Assembly (NCBI RefSeq): GCF_009914755.1
Contig: NC_060944.1
Length of the DNA stretch: 64,000 nucleotides
Source of the DNA: the human T2T-CHM13v2.0 reference genome, Homo sapiens
Direction: 5' to 3' (one strand)
Within the stretch, counting starts at the first letter, position 1, and each line of letters opens with the position of its first letter. The notes under the pieces are model-generated. The model was not told the origin of the DNA. It saw only the letters and a program-made list of their open reading frames with translations, and did no database searches. A program made the translations under genes and the position numbers. Below are positions 12,140 to 26,220 of the stretch, piece by piece.

Positions 12140-12780
12140 GAACGGAGAAAAATCCATCCCTTGCAAATGCCAAGCGGAAGAACAATCCCGTTAGGCGGCC
12201 AGTTGATGCTTAACTGCGGGACTGGGGGCTCGGGCAGGGATCTTAAACATCATTTCGCGTAGGGAAACAGGCACTCTCCTCTCCCGGAAGACAAGGCTGC
12301 GCGTAGGTTTATCTCGGCCTCCTGGAGGACCTGTAGTTTTTGGGAGAGCAGCTGCGAGGGGACAGAATGCTTCGCTGTGGTGGTTCCGCCGCGGGCTCCG
12401 CTGCCAGGAGGCCGGCGTGCGCGCAGCTCTGCGGCGGGGCAGGCTGCCAGGGCCCGGGGAGCAGCGGCAGTCTTCCTTGGAGGAGCACCTGTTCTTCCTC
12501 TCCCTGCGCCGGAAACGTGCCACCTTCCCCCACCCCATGCTGCTTTCCCCTGCGTGGCTCCATTTTGTCTTTCCTGATGGCAGATACCCCCGCGGCCTTC
12601 CTCTCGAACACTTGCGGGGCGCTGGGGGAGGGGACGGCCACGTCAGGCGCATCCCTTTTCCCAACACCCCAAGGTAGCAGCAGCAGCAGGTGCTGTGACA
12701 TTATGACAAACACTCAGGTCCCCCGTGACTGGATGCGTCACACACTATGTCTAACAGTCGCTGACATCTCATCAATCACG
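12140..12780. promoter_or_regulatory. CpG island; probable promoter or orphan-CGI enhancer
   Basis: About 40 CpGs by eye in a CpG-depleted window. Motifs: ETS CCGGAAG 12284-12290 and CCGGAAAC 12509-12516, NRF1-like GCGTGCGCGCA 12415-12425, GC box 12433-12440, YY1-like CTCCATTTTG 12558-12567, CCACGTCA 12638-12645, TGCGTCA 12734-12740. Associated gene not recognised. Confidence 0.8.
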
Positions 12781-13502
12781 GCCTTGATTATGCTGCTGGG
12801 GTCCCTGGGCTCAACTTTGGGCTCTGAACAGAATTTACTGCAAACTGAACATCCTTATTTCCAACGTAGGCAAGCCCGTCTTGTTTATAATGGCATAATC
12901 CAGCTGGAAGATCACACTGGCACACTCAAATTGGCCCATCTTTTCTCTTGTCAATATTGCAATTAGGTGCACATCCGGCATCAGAAATTGCTGGGACCTT
13001 TTTCTCTCCTGCACTCTCCCACCGTTTATTACAACTGAAGGACACATTTTGTTGTCCCTGAGAGTGATGTATTTGAGGAAAGGCTATGACTCAGTGTATG
13101 ACAATTAAAGAGGAAAGGACATTGGTAATGATTAACTAGCTTGTCTACATGATGTGAGGCTGTTTGTCAACTAACATTGATTGAGCCAGTAGTCTGTGAC
13201 CAGCCATGTGTGAGACTCTACTGGGAAACACAGGTAGGAAAAAAATGATTATTGCCCAGGAGAGCCTCAAAATCTAGTTGATAGGATAATTGTGCAAATG
13301 TTTACGTAGGAAAATATTGACCACTCTTCTTTGCCTAGTAATAAAGACAGCCGAGAGCCTGACCACAGTGCATGGATCTTCTGCTTTCCTAGATTGGTTC
13401 ACTCCCTTTCCCCAGAATATTCCCCTGTGTTTTCTTCCTTTAGAAATAGGCTGATGGCATTGTTCTAACTTGAGGCCCCACCCCTCATGTATTTCTCTAA
13501 AT

Positions 13503-13720
13503 CAAGGTCAGCAAGCTTTTTATATACAAGATCAAATAGTAAATAGTTAAAACTTCGTGGACCCAGAGGCAAAATGGAGCAACTGATATTGCTAAAAGAT
13601 TAATAACCTTTTTTTACACTTTACATTTAAGAATGAAGAAAACACTCTTTAGTTTATACACCATACAGAAAAAAGTAGTGGGCTGGATTTGGCCCAAGGT
13701 GCACAATTTGCTGTTTCCTT
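13503..13720 (+). mobile_element. MER58-family hAT MITE (MER58C-like)
   Basis: caaggtcagcaagc...gggctggatttggcccaagg; 8-bp TSD ctctaaat/atctaaat. Confidence 0.7.
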
Positions 13721-13787
13721 ATCTAAATCCTATTTGTCTTTTAAGATCCAGCTCAAACCCCAGGTGCTATGTGAAATATATTTGACA

Positions 13788-13851
13788 CTCCCCATCCAAA
13801 ATTCTCCTTGCTCTTAGGGATGTCTAATTTATACAATCTGTCTAGCAGGTA
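13788..13851 (+). repeat. 64-bp dispersed direct repeat, copy B (contiguous with an L2-like remnant)
   Basis: Matches 11646-11709; preceded by L2-like tcctatttgtcttttaagatccagctcaaac. Confidence 0.9.
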
Positions 13852-13874
13852 ATCTCATATATTTATTCACCAGG

Positions 13875-14070
13875 TAGTATGGTAGGAGAAGGAAGAGTCT
13901 AAATTTTCAAATCAAACAATAATTTTCAAATTCTGATTTTGCAACTTACAGCTGAGTGGCATTCTGAAAACTACTTAAATTGTTTGATTCTTGGTTTTCT
14001 TATCTGTTCAGTTGGTAAAATGTCATATTAATAATTTACACAGAATATTATTAAAAGAAAATACATCAAA
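13875..14070 (+). mobile_element. MIR remnant
   Basis: ttcaaattctgattttgcaacttacagctgagtg...cttggttttcttatctg. Confidence 0.55.
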
Positions 14071-14479
14071 AATGTTTATGTGTTAGGTGTTAGTTTTTAA
14101 AATTTCCTTACCTAGAACATCTAAAATTATTGACATAAAACATATACCTCCTTTACAGTGCAAAGATTTAATTTATCTAATCCACAGGGCTACGTGCATG
14201 AAATAAAATGATATGTTTGAAATGTTGTAAAACCTTAGTAAATATTATATTTATCTCTTCACAAATTATTTCTATATCCTCATCAGGAAAATGTCTTGTG
14301 TTAGATATTAAATTACATTTCTGATAAGGACAAATATACCTCATACACTTTAAGTCCTCCACAATGCTTAATTAAGACCTGGTATTTGGCAGGTGGTGAG
14401 AATTATTTGCTATTAATTTAAACGATATCCAAAATGCTTTTATACTAAAACTTTTCAAAAGAATGTTATCTGATTATTT

Positions 14480-15610
14480 CTATCTGATTGCCCTACTCCT
14501 CAATCTAATTCAATCTGTCTTCTCTCCCCAGTACTCAATCAACTTCCACGTCTCTAAATCCAGTGAACATACGTCAGGGCTCATCTTACTTAACTTTTCA
14601 CTTTTCATCAGCACTGGATTCAAACATTCCCTTTTTTTTGACAGCTGATCCCTTTGAATTTCATGACTGATAGATATGCTTCTTCCTAATTCTCTTCTGT
14701 CTCCATTCCTATCTCATTTGCATGATCACCCTCATTTGGAAATAATTCACCATCAGCATTTCTAAAGACACAGTCCTTGCTGTTGTCTCTCCATGCTTTC
14801 CATCCATGCCTGTGGTTTCAGATAACACCTACACACAGATTCATCACTAAATTTAATCTCTAGCCAAGAATTCTTCTGTAAGGTCTAGCTCACTCATGTC
14901 ACTCAAAGACCCCTGAACGTCAACGTGAGCAAGACTAAATCCAGGATCATGGTAACCACTCATCTCTATCACCCACTAGTTTTTCTTCGGAGTTTTCTAT
15001 CTCAAAAAAAGGTGTCCCATTCTTCCCTTCAAACAGGCCAGAAACCTGGGAATTATTCTGAACACCTCCCTCTTCCTCATCCCAATAGGTAATCACCAAA
15101 CTCTGCAGAGTTAGACTCTTAAATAACTCTTGAATTCCTTCCATTCCTTTTTTTTTCATGGTCAATGCCACCACCACAGATCTGATGCCTACAAACTGTG
15201 CTAGCTTACCTTCACTTCCTCTGAACCTCCCTGATCTGTCCTCTACTCCACAGACTGATGTTCTCACAATGCAAAAATCCAAATTGGATCACATGACCTT
15301 CACACTTATGAACTCCTACTTACGCTTTGTATCAATTTGTGTCAATCCTGAGGGACAGCTCCCCTTAACTCCAGCTTTTACAGCCTAATCTCAAACTGGT
15401 CCATCCTTCTTCTGAGTTGTTGTTTCAGCATGTAATTAATCACTCAGCAGAGTGATTATTTGGTAGTTTATCTCTTCTGCTAGGATCTTTGAGAGCATCT
15501 AATTGTGCCTGAGTCTACTGATGATTGAAACTCAAACGTGGCATGGTAGTTGGCAAATACCCACTCAATCAACATTTGTGCCATGAGTAAATGGATGGAC
15601 ACATTGGAAA
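14480..15610 (+). mobile_element. L2 remnant
   Basis: Pyrimidine-rich L2-like blocks (aggccagaaacctgggaattattc; tgcaaaaatccaaattggatcacatgacc) and a decayed L2 3' end near 15540-15600. Confidence 0.65.
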
Positions 15611-15799
15611 GGATGGCTGGAAGAATTTGACCACCAAAACTCTCTGGTTTATATGAAGAGTCAACCATTAACCAGTTTTTTAAGTTGGAGTATTAATGTT
15701 TTTCTTTGAACAGTGGATTATTTTGGGACTTCTAACCTTCATTCATCAATTCACACAGTGTCTAAATGTTTTTTTGCAGATCATTTGGCCTATCATGTT

Positions 15800-16200
15800 A
15801 TACAGTCAGTCCCTTTGGATGTAAGATGCAGAGACCCATCCAGGTGAACCCAAGTAATCAAAATTGATTATAAAAATAACATGGAAATAAAGAGCATAAA
15901 GCTTTTAGGAGTTTCTATCAAACCAGTCTACAAAATAACTGGGCCTCATGGGCACCAAAAGTTAAGGGCTATTTGGCATTAGATTACCTCATGCTCTTTC
16001 ATTTATGTGAGACAGGTGCTATCTGAGACCCGATGCTCTGAAGGTGACTTCTACTCTAGTTACCAGTTGATTGTTCCAGCTATGTCCCTTGGCTGACATG
16101 CTTATTTATGGGACAGAATCTGATCATCCCAGGTGGCAAACGGTTGGCCTGTTCAGATAGCCATCACTCAGCCAAAGGACTGCGGCCATTGAATCAAGTC
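15800..16200 (-). mobile_element. Old MLT1 (K/L-like) remnant
   Basis: agtcagtccctttggatgtaagatgcagagaccc; gacagaatctgatcatcccagg. Confidence 0.4.
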
Positions 16201-16489
16201 TGTATAAGCCAAAGGGAGTTTGGCTTATACAGACTTGTACTCTCTGCTTCCGTAGAGACACCTTGGGACTACTTATCCCAGAAGTAGTCCTTGCTTGTAG
16301 GGCTTCACTGAGATCTCTTCTTGGAAGCCAGAACATCTAACTCCAACATGCTTTTGATGTTGAATGCTAGATTCACACTTGTACCCTCCCCCGGAGAACT
16401 GCCCTTAGCTATTAGAAGTGAATTTCTTTGGAATGGTTGACTTAACAGCACAAGGCCCTTAATTCCACATTTGAAAAACTAGTATCTCA

Positions 16490-17586
16490 CAAAAGCAAGA
16501 AGACAAGTCACAGATGGGGAGAAAAAATTTGTAAATGACATAACTGGTAAAGGACCATTATCCCAAATATACAACAAACTCTTAAAATTCAATAATTAAA
16601 AAAATGAACAACTTAATGAAAAAAAAATGGGCAAAAGATCTGAACATGTATCTCACCAAAGAATGTCTACAGAGGGCAAATAAGAATATAAAATGTTCAA
16701 CATCATGTGTCAGTACAGATTGTAAACTAAAACAACAATGAGATATACCACTACATACCTATTAGAACAGCTAAAATCCAAAATGCTAACATCATATGCT
16801 GGTGAGGACGTAGAGCAACAGGAACTCTCATTTCTTGCTGATGGGAATGCAAAATGGCACAGCCATTTTGGAAGTCAATTTGGCAGTTTCTTAACAAAAC
16901 TAAACATAGCCTTACCATATGATCTAGCAATCACGCTCCATGGTATTTATCCAAATGAACTGAAAACTTACATGCACACAAAAACCTGCAAATAGCTGTT
17001 TATAATAGGTTTATTCATAATTGCCAAAACTTGCAAACAACCAAAATGTCCTTCAGTGGGTGAATAGGTAAATAAACTATGGTACATCCACACATGGAGT
17101 ATTATTCAGTGCTAAGAAGAAACGAGCTACCAAGCCATGAAAAGATATGGAGGAAACTTAAATGCATATTACTAACTGAAAAAGCCAATCTGAAAAGGCT
17201 ACACACTATTTTTCTAACCATATGACATTCCTGGAAAGGACAACACCATAAAAACAATGAAAAGATCAGTGGTTGCCAGGGGTTGGGGAAAGAGAGAAAT
17301 AAATACAGCTCAAACGACTTTTAGAGCAGAGAAAATATTCTGACTTTATAATGGTAGATACATGCCGGTGTGAACCCTAATGTAAACTATAAACTTTAGA
17401 TGACAATGATGTGTTAATGTAGAGTCATCGATTGTAACAAAAGTACCACTGTGGTGTAGGATGTTGACAGTTGGGGAGGTTGTGCATGTGTGTACAGGGG
17501 TGTATATAGGAACTTTCTGTACTTTTTGTTCAATTTTGCTGGGAATCTAAAACTTCTCCTAAAAAATAAAATCTATTAAATAAAAA
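16490..17586 (+). mobile_element. L1MC-like 3' fragment inserted in an ERVL LTR (LTR pieces at about 16250-16480 and 17590-17777)
   Basis: ORF2 C-terminal remnant (ORF 16738-16995), gtgaaccctaatgtaaactat 3'UTR and A-rich end; the LTR16/33-like tail caataaatcac...ctcaggctctacttc follows. Confidence 0.8.
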
Positions 17587-18041
17587 CTCTAAGGCCATTC
17601 ATTCTGGTGGGAACAGGCCAAGGTTAGACTTCACAGGAACCAACATCTTTTGTTTAGCTTTTTCACCTGCCTTATCCTAGCTCCCCCACTCATTTCCCTG
17701 AGGTCATTCTCTCAATAAATCACTCGAGAAAAAACACCCATCTCAGGCTCTACTTCTAAGGAATCAACCTCAGACAGAGCTGCAGGCCTGGTGTGCATTA
17801 TTGCTGACCTGTTTAAAGCTTTTCTTCTACTTGAAGTAGTGGACCATGGCAGAGTGATTTTGTTGGAAGAAGAGAGAGTTAACAGACATCAGGAATATAG
17901 AAAAAATAGAAAAAAAAATGGGCCTGGAGAGAGTTGAAAAGAAATCTCATCCGTGTTACCACCTATTTTGAAGATTTGTCTGGGTGCCAGCTTCTAATTC
18001 TTTGGGAGGGAAATGAAATACTCTCAGTTGCTTTCACTCAT

Positions 18042-18872
<831 letters not shown>

Positions 18873-19254
18873 TGATGTATGGTCTTCACAGTTCTTTCAA
18901 CTAAATAGTCTATTAATTACCATAGTAAATAAACATAAGAGTACTCACTGTCTAATACCTTTTTCCTATGCCCAGACATAACCTGCGAGATGTTATTATT
19001 CCTATTGCACAGCTGAGGAAACTGGGTCTTGGGTGAGCTTTAATTTTTCACCCTTGGTATTTCAAACTTGGTATATTCACTGTGCTTCTCTCTCCAGTGA
19101 TAGTTAGAAGTAGAAGGGGCTCCAGCAGGAAGAAACTTATCATGATCTTTGGGTAACCATTTTAAGTATAAGGCAAATAGTAATATTCATAGGAGCAGAA
19201 CAGATTAAGAAGAGTTCAGGTCGGTATGCAGGGGCCCTCATTTGTCTTGTAAAG

Positions 19255-19480
19255 TAGTATGGTGGAATGAGAAGGAGCTTTGAGTCTTGCAGTGATAACT
19301 GGGATCCTCATTGTTCTTTTACTGGCTTCCAGAACTTAAGCAAGTTGCAAATGTTTTCTAAGGCTGATTTCTAACCCATTAAATTAGGATGTCCCCACTT
19401 TGCTCACATGGCTGTTGAAAGAGTAATTGCATTAAGAGTAAAATCACGCTCACCTGGCTCAATACATATTAATGTCCACA
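19255..19480 (+). mobile_element. MIR remnant
   Basis: tagtatggtggaatgagaaggagctttgagtc...aacttaagcaagtt. Confidence 0.55.
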
Positions 19481-19904
19481 TAACTCATTATGTACCTGCA
19501 GACCACAAGCAGGAAGGCACCTAGGATAGCTTTATATCTCTCCACTTATTAATTCTTTTCAAAGATCTCTCACCTACTCCTCCAGGCTGGCTCTCTCCTC
19601 TATCACACAGCTGGGAGAGAAAAGTCAGATATCATGAGTATTATAAATGTTCCCATCTCATCTCAATTGATGCTTCCTAATTTATATAAGTTCTTTTCTT
19701 CAATTGCCCCCAAAGCACCCATTTTTAAAAGATTATGAGCCAATATGAATTAAAGAATACAGTCAATTTTTTGACACCCCCGCCCCACTATCCCAAGCAA
19801 ATGGACAAAATTTAATGTGTAAACCTCTTAGACAATGAGATAACAAGCTCACGTATTTGGAGAAAAAGGAAATTATTCAGCAAATCAGTGGCTATTACGG
19901 AGGC

Positions 19905-20275
19905 TGTCAAGGGTTCTTTAGCCAGGGAGCTCAGACCAGCAACACTAGCATCACCTGGAGGCTTGGAAGGCACACACATCCATAGCGCACCCCATACCTG
20001 CTGAATCAGAGTCTTTGTAGCAGGGCCCGGGAGTGTACCCTTGGCAAGATCTCCAAGTAATGATGCACACTAAAGTTTTAGCAGCACTCTACTGCAGCAA
20101 TGGTTCTCAAATTTTAGTGTCCATCAGAATCACCTGGAGGATTGTTAGAACAGATTGCTGGGCTTCACCTCCAGAGTTTGTGGTGCATGGATTTGGAGGA
20201 GGGCCAGAAAAGTCTGCATTTCTCACAGCCTTCCAGGTGACGATGATGCCATTCAAGATCCATAATTGGAAATAG
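19905..20275. mobile_element. Two adjacent MER5A copies in opposite orientation (about 19905-20090 and 20095-20275)
   Basis: gaccagcaacactagcatcacctgg...acctgctgaatcaga; then atggttctcaaattttagtgtccatcagaatcacctggagg. Confidence 0.7.
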
Positions 20276-22457
20276 TTGTACGTACCCATCCAGAGATAAA
20301 TGTATTGGTTTATTTTTTTCTTTGCAGATGAATCCTTAAATAGGGATTTTTTTTAAATTAAAGATTTATATTACTTTTACACCTGACCCATTACACATAG
20401 GTTCTTTTACACTATCTTGATAACTGTTAAGTCAGCGCCTCCATTCTCTACAGACAGAAAGTCGCCTGTCACTTCTGTCTCCCTCAAGATATTTCTCAGA
20501 CCATCCTCCTGACACTGGTAATTGATCCAAGCTGATCCTCACTATCTCAAATCTATTGTATTCATCTCTGTTTTCTCCAGGGTACCACAAAACACACCTT
20601 CCCTCAACCACACCTTCCCTAAGCCACATTTTGGTTGCATCTCTCCCTGTTTGTAGAGTATTCAAGGACTCTTTAATTCCTTCCGTATTACACATAAACT
20701 CTCTCTTTCTCCTGGGTTTTAAGTCCCCTGTGATCTAATTTCTTTTTTACAGCCATTCCGCTAACTCAGTAGCTCATTCTCTGCTCTGCTCAGATTGGTC
20801 CCCTTCCTGTACCACACAGCTGAACATTCGTTTTTCACCGTGACTACTGTTTTCACTCAGAATCCTCTCCTTTCCCATCCAAAACCAACATATTCTTCAA
20901 GGCCTAAATAAAGTGCTATCTCCAACCCAGGCTTCCACACCCGCCACCACCTCTCCCTGTCCACTGCCCAGGTTGCTATTCAGTGAAGCAACTCTTCAAG
21001 CTGAGATATCAGATACTTAACACTACACTCTAGGCCATTACTCCCAATCAAAATAGGCACAGAAATGAGCTTAGAAAATAAATGGAAACTTTAATATTTC
21101 CTCAGTATTCTACCTCCTTATGACCTTGGTTATTCAACGTATTTCTGAATCCACTCTCTCTTCATTGTTATTCACCAAATTAGAAACTCACTTAGAAGAC
21201 TAATTGACTTAAAATATTTGTGTACCCCTCCAAAATATCACATAATTCTGAGTATAAGGCCTGAAGTTACCTGTTTGTATTCTAATTGAAAAGAAGGTAT
21301 GGTAATAGATGTGCAGTGATGCTTGTACTTGATCTGGCTGTCTTCACTCCATAGAGAGCCAGGTTCATCTGACTTTCTCATTCACCACATCGAAGAATAA
21401 CACTAGAAATATTTGCTTAGTAAATTCCTTAGGATTCCACAGAACAAAATGGAGCTTATCTTCATCTCTTCAGTAGGGAGGGGAATACAAGGACATGAAA
21501 TTTATTATCAGCTCAAAAGCAGCAGATACCAAATAAGGCTGAAAATCAAGCATTGTGTCTAAGATAAGAGTAATAGTAAAAGAAATACAGTTTACAACCG
21601 TGGCACCATGTAAATACTGTGCCTTATCTTGGTTTAAATTAACATTTACAGGAGCTTTTTTTTTTTAACCTAAAATATAATCTTGACCTCAACTCTGTTT
21701 TTTGTTGTTTTTTTTTTCCTTTTCATGTCTTGACATACACAATACTAAGGGGGATATGGGGGAGGCACAGAGGCTATGATTAAATCTACTCCTAGCTACC
21801 ATTATCTTCTCACTTTTCATGAGCTCTAATTTAAACATCTTATTTATAGTGCAATGTTCTTAAGAGTTTTCTGGGTGTATTTAAATGGGGATAGTTAATT
21901 GGAACTGTTCTGGCAGAAGCCAGCTTCAATCTCATCCTCCTAGGTGGCAGCTCTTCTCTGCTCCTGAAAAATAATGTAATTTTCTCTTCTTTCATCTAAT
22001 TTTCATGTTTATTGTTACTGCTCTGAATATTGTGACCTAAGGTATATGAGATTAATAATGTTTTTTGTTTTAATATTATTATTAATATTTTCAGTCTTCA
22101 CATCATGAATTTGGTATTTTCCTACAGTACTTCTCACTGTTCTTGACATAAAAATAAGTAAAGCCTAATGCAGGGAAAAAACTTAAAAATAGTGTGAATT
22201 GGAAATTGAAAAGAAAAAGTGAAAACTACATGCTATATTTTAAATATATGTTAAATGACCTTAGAAAATAAGCAAAAACTATATCCAACTTCACGAAAAG
22301 TTGCTCTACTCACCTACTCTTGTTCCCAGATAATAAACACCTTAGATAAGAAGTACAATTGTATTATTTATGGCTAATTTGATGCCCAGTATGTAGGGCC
22401 ACATGCAAAGTTAGGTTAACTTACACGTCAGCTTCTTTTGTTCTCCCCAAATCAACT

Positions 22458-22800
22458 ATCTTAGGGTGAGTTCTCCTGAAACAGATCCTGAGACAAGACT
22501 AAGTTGTTTATGAGGAATGTGCTCAAGGAGAGACTGATAAGAGAAGGAAAAGCAGGACGGGGGAGTGGGGGGGGAAGGGGCGGAGACCAGGCAGAGGGTA
22601 ATTTCAGGTGAGGCATCAATCTCTGCCTGATCTGCAGGGAGCTCCAGAGTACAATAACACCTAGACTTTATCCCTCCTTAAGACAAAGGATCTAGGCTTT
22701 CATACTCACCAGTCATTGGCTGCTGATAACTCCTGGTGAACATTACCTCCCAGGCACTTCTGCCTCTCAGTATGTCTGTGCAAAGAAGGTCACAGCTGCC
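22458..22800 (-). mobile_element. ERVL LTR (LTR16-like)
   Basis: tcttagggtgagttctcctgaaacagatcctgagacaag; gggagctccagagtac; contains a G-rich run at 22559-22583. Confidence 0.55.
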
Positions 22801-23039
22801 TGGTATTGGCATTGGTCAGCTTGTCCATCAACTCAGCTACAAGAGTCCTTTGTTGCTCTTCCTAAGGTTTGTTTTTTAGGGAAGAGCCTCCAGCCATACT
22901 CTGTCCAGCCCATCAGAACTTCTGCACAGGAAGTAGTGTGCAAGGAGGTCATAGTGTTCTAAAATGCTATTTGCTCATACTCCCAACTGCAGGGACACTC
23001 TATCTTTTCTTTGTCAGGGGTACTTCTTTCTTCAACCAT

Positions 23040-23880
<841 letters not shown>

Positions 23881-24162
23881 GCCTTTCAATGCACAACCCT
23901 ACTACTCCCAGAAATGTCAAATTAATTCCCGGACGAACCTAACCTTCACAATGGAGAACGAAGAGGAGATTTCCTTTGTCTTGTTTTCTGCCATCCAAAG
24001 AAGCTTCCAGTGCAAGGTCTTCTCTTTTCTACAGGGGTATGGAATAGAGATGGGCAGTTAAGTTCATTTCCTTTTTTCCGTAGCAGCAAGGACAAGACAG
24101 AAATTACTCTGAGTCAAATATCCCTCTAGATGCATTCAACAATGCTTATTTTCTATTCACTT

Positions 24163-24200
24163 TGTGTGTGTGTATGTGTGTGTGTGTGTTGTGTGTGTGT
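24163..24200. repeat. (TG)n microsatellite, interrupted
   Basis: Seen directly. Confidence 0.9.
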
Positions 24201-24499
24201 AAGGGGTAGTGTCATGCATCTTGTTTATCTTCGTGTGATATCTAATGATTAAAAATCACAAAAATAAGTAAAGAACATAGCCGATGAGTATGTTTAGCTC
24301 TTCTGCCAGGAGATAATTCCTAGTAGCTCTAATTTGTGAATTGGATAAAGATAAATGTTTTTTATGCACTTTCATATGCAGGAGGCCATTTTATATAATT
24401 TGTAACCAAAGGCTGTCCATAGAGTGTGAAGTTAAGGAACGATCTATATAAGCTTCAAATGTTGTTCCCAGGGAATTTCTTCACAATATATAAAAGACA

Positions 24500-24675
24500 T
24501 CCACTATTTAATCAGTTATGAGATATACATCTTTTATATTTTAACATCTCTGAAATTGGGATGCATCTTAAAATGAATGAGCTCTTAAAATTATTAATTA
24601 CCATTTTCTTAATGGCCTATAAAATAGTGGTGAATCTTACAAACAATATTGTCTTAGATTCAAAGATATATGATA
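24500..24675. mobile_element. MER104 (TcMar-Tc2 MITE)
   Basis: ttttaacatctctgaaattgggatgcatctta...gtcttagattc. Confidence 0.7.
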
Positions 24676-25163
24676 ACCAGAAATAATAGCTGTTTTATCA
24701 TGTAAAGCACTGGTCTGCAAAACCCACATAAAGTCATTAAAAAAGTAACAGGCAAGCCTTTTGACACAAGTGCTCCATAATTTAACAAGCTTTACTTCTT
24801 AAATGATGAGTGAATTAAATTCCAAGTTCAGTCTAGTTGAGTGTATACATGAGATACGATGACCAAGTTAATAAGATCAGAGGAATTCTTCAGAATCATC
24901 CTTGAAATCTCTGGAGATAAAGGAAAAAAACAAACATTCTGGCTTCCTTAATTATCAGCTTAAATTTTAAGTTAGCTGTCCAGTGTAAAGGAGTGTTACT
25001 GGGTTACTATTAGAAAGCAGCCTCAGATGCATAAAGTATGGCAATTCTCCTGGCTGATAATTTAGAAAAAGAGAATTGCGGAGGAGTCAATTCAGATGTG
25101 GCATTTCCAACCTCACCCTCTAAGTTCACACCTCATATACTCTGTTAGAAAATATTTCTTCTC

Positions 25164-25469
25164 AGCTGGTGCGGTGGCTCATGCCTGTAATCCCAGCACT
25201 TTGGGAGGCCAAGGTGGGTGGATCACGAGGTCAGGAGTTCAAGACCAGCCTGGCCAAGATGGTGAGGCCCTGTCTCTACTAAAAATATAAAAATTAGCCG
25301 GGTGTGGTGGCACGCACCTGTAATCCCAGCTACTCGGGAGGCTGAGGCAGAGAATTGCTTAAATCTGGGAGGCAGAGTTTGCAGTGAGCTGGCAGAGATC
25401 GCGCCACTGCACTCCAACCTGGGCAACAGAGCAAGACTCCGTCTCAAAAAAAAAAAAGAGAGAGAGAAA
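25164..25469 (+). mobile_element. AluSg-like
   Basis: ggatcacgaggtcaggagttc; TSD agaaaatattt(c/t)ttctca. Confidence 0.95.
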
Positions 25470-25799
25470 AGAAAATATTTTTTCTCATTTTCACAACTGA
25501 TTACTAGTCTACAACCCATCCAAATGAGTTCACTTTACCTTTACATATACATATACATTTTAATCTACGTATATGTTATAGTCTTCAGGGTATTTTTAAA
25601 TGTTTATTTTTCTGAGTTTTCCACATCTTGCCAATTTTCCCTAGTACATATGTATTACCTTGATCATCAGAAATATTTTTAGGTAAAGGAAAAATCTGCA
25701 GAGAAGCAAAACACAAGTGAACTAAATACAAAAACAAACAAACAAACAAACAAAAATCCTCAATTGTTTTACTTACTGTACGCCAGGCCACTGACCAGT

Positions 25800-26220
25800 G
25801 GAATCCTCATATTTTTATGTGGTCAGCACTGTTATCATCTGTTATCATCTTCATTTTACAGATGAGAATAACATAACACAGGATGAGAGCATCGCTTGCC
25901 ATAGACCACAGGTCTGGGTGTCAGCAGGGAGATTTGAGGGTAGGAGATCAGGCTCCAGAGTCCATGCTACCCACACTTTGATGGATAAGCAGGAAATGAA
26001 CATGAATAAACAGGTCAGAGCCTCAAGAAGCCCTCCCATTTGCTCACCTATTCCTAGCTGCATGACTGTGAATAGAGAATTTTATCTCTCTCAACCTCAT
26101 TTTTCTTATTTATAATACAAGAATACGGGCATTAATAACTGTCCTTTTCAGAGGATCAAATGAAGTCACAGACATAATTATGGCTTGGAAACTATCAGGT
26201 GATGTTTAATATGTATTAGC
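25800..26220. mobile_element. Two MIR remnants in opposite orientation
   Basis: cattttacagatgagaa (antisense) and ctagctgcatgactgtg...ctcaacctcattttc (sense). Confidence 0.55.

Noticed and set aside
12340-12966. 208-aa plus-strand ORF across the CpG island and other overlapping ORFs
   Set aside because: Non-ATG start, GC-driven stop depletion, several frames open at once, no known domain.
21934-21952. CTCF-like cctcctaggtggcagc
   Set aside because: Mismatch at a highly constrained core C; weak without ChIP data.
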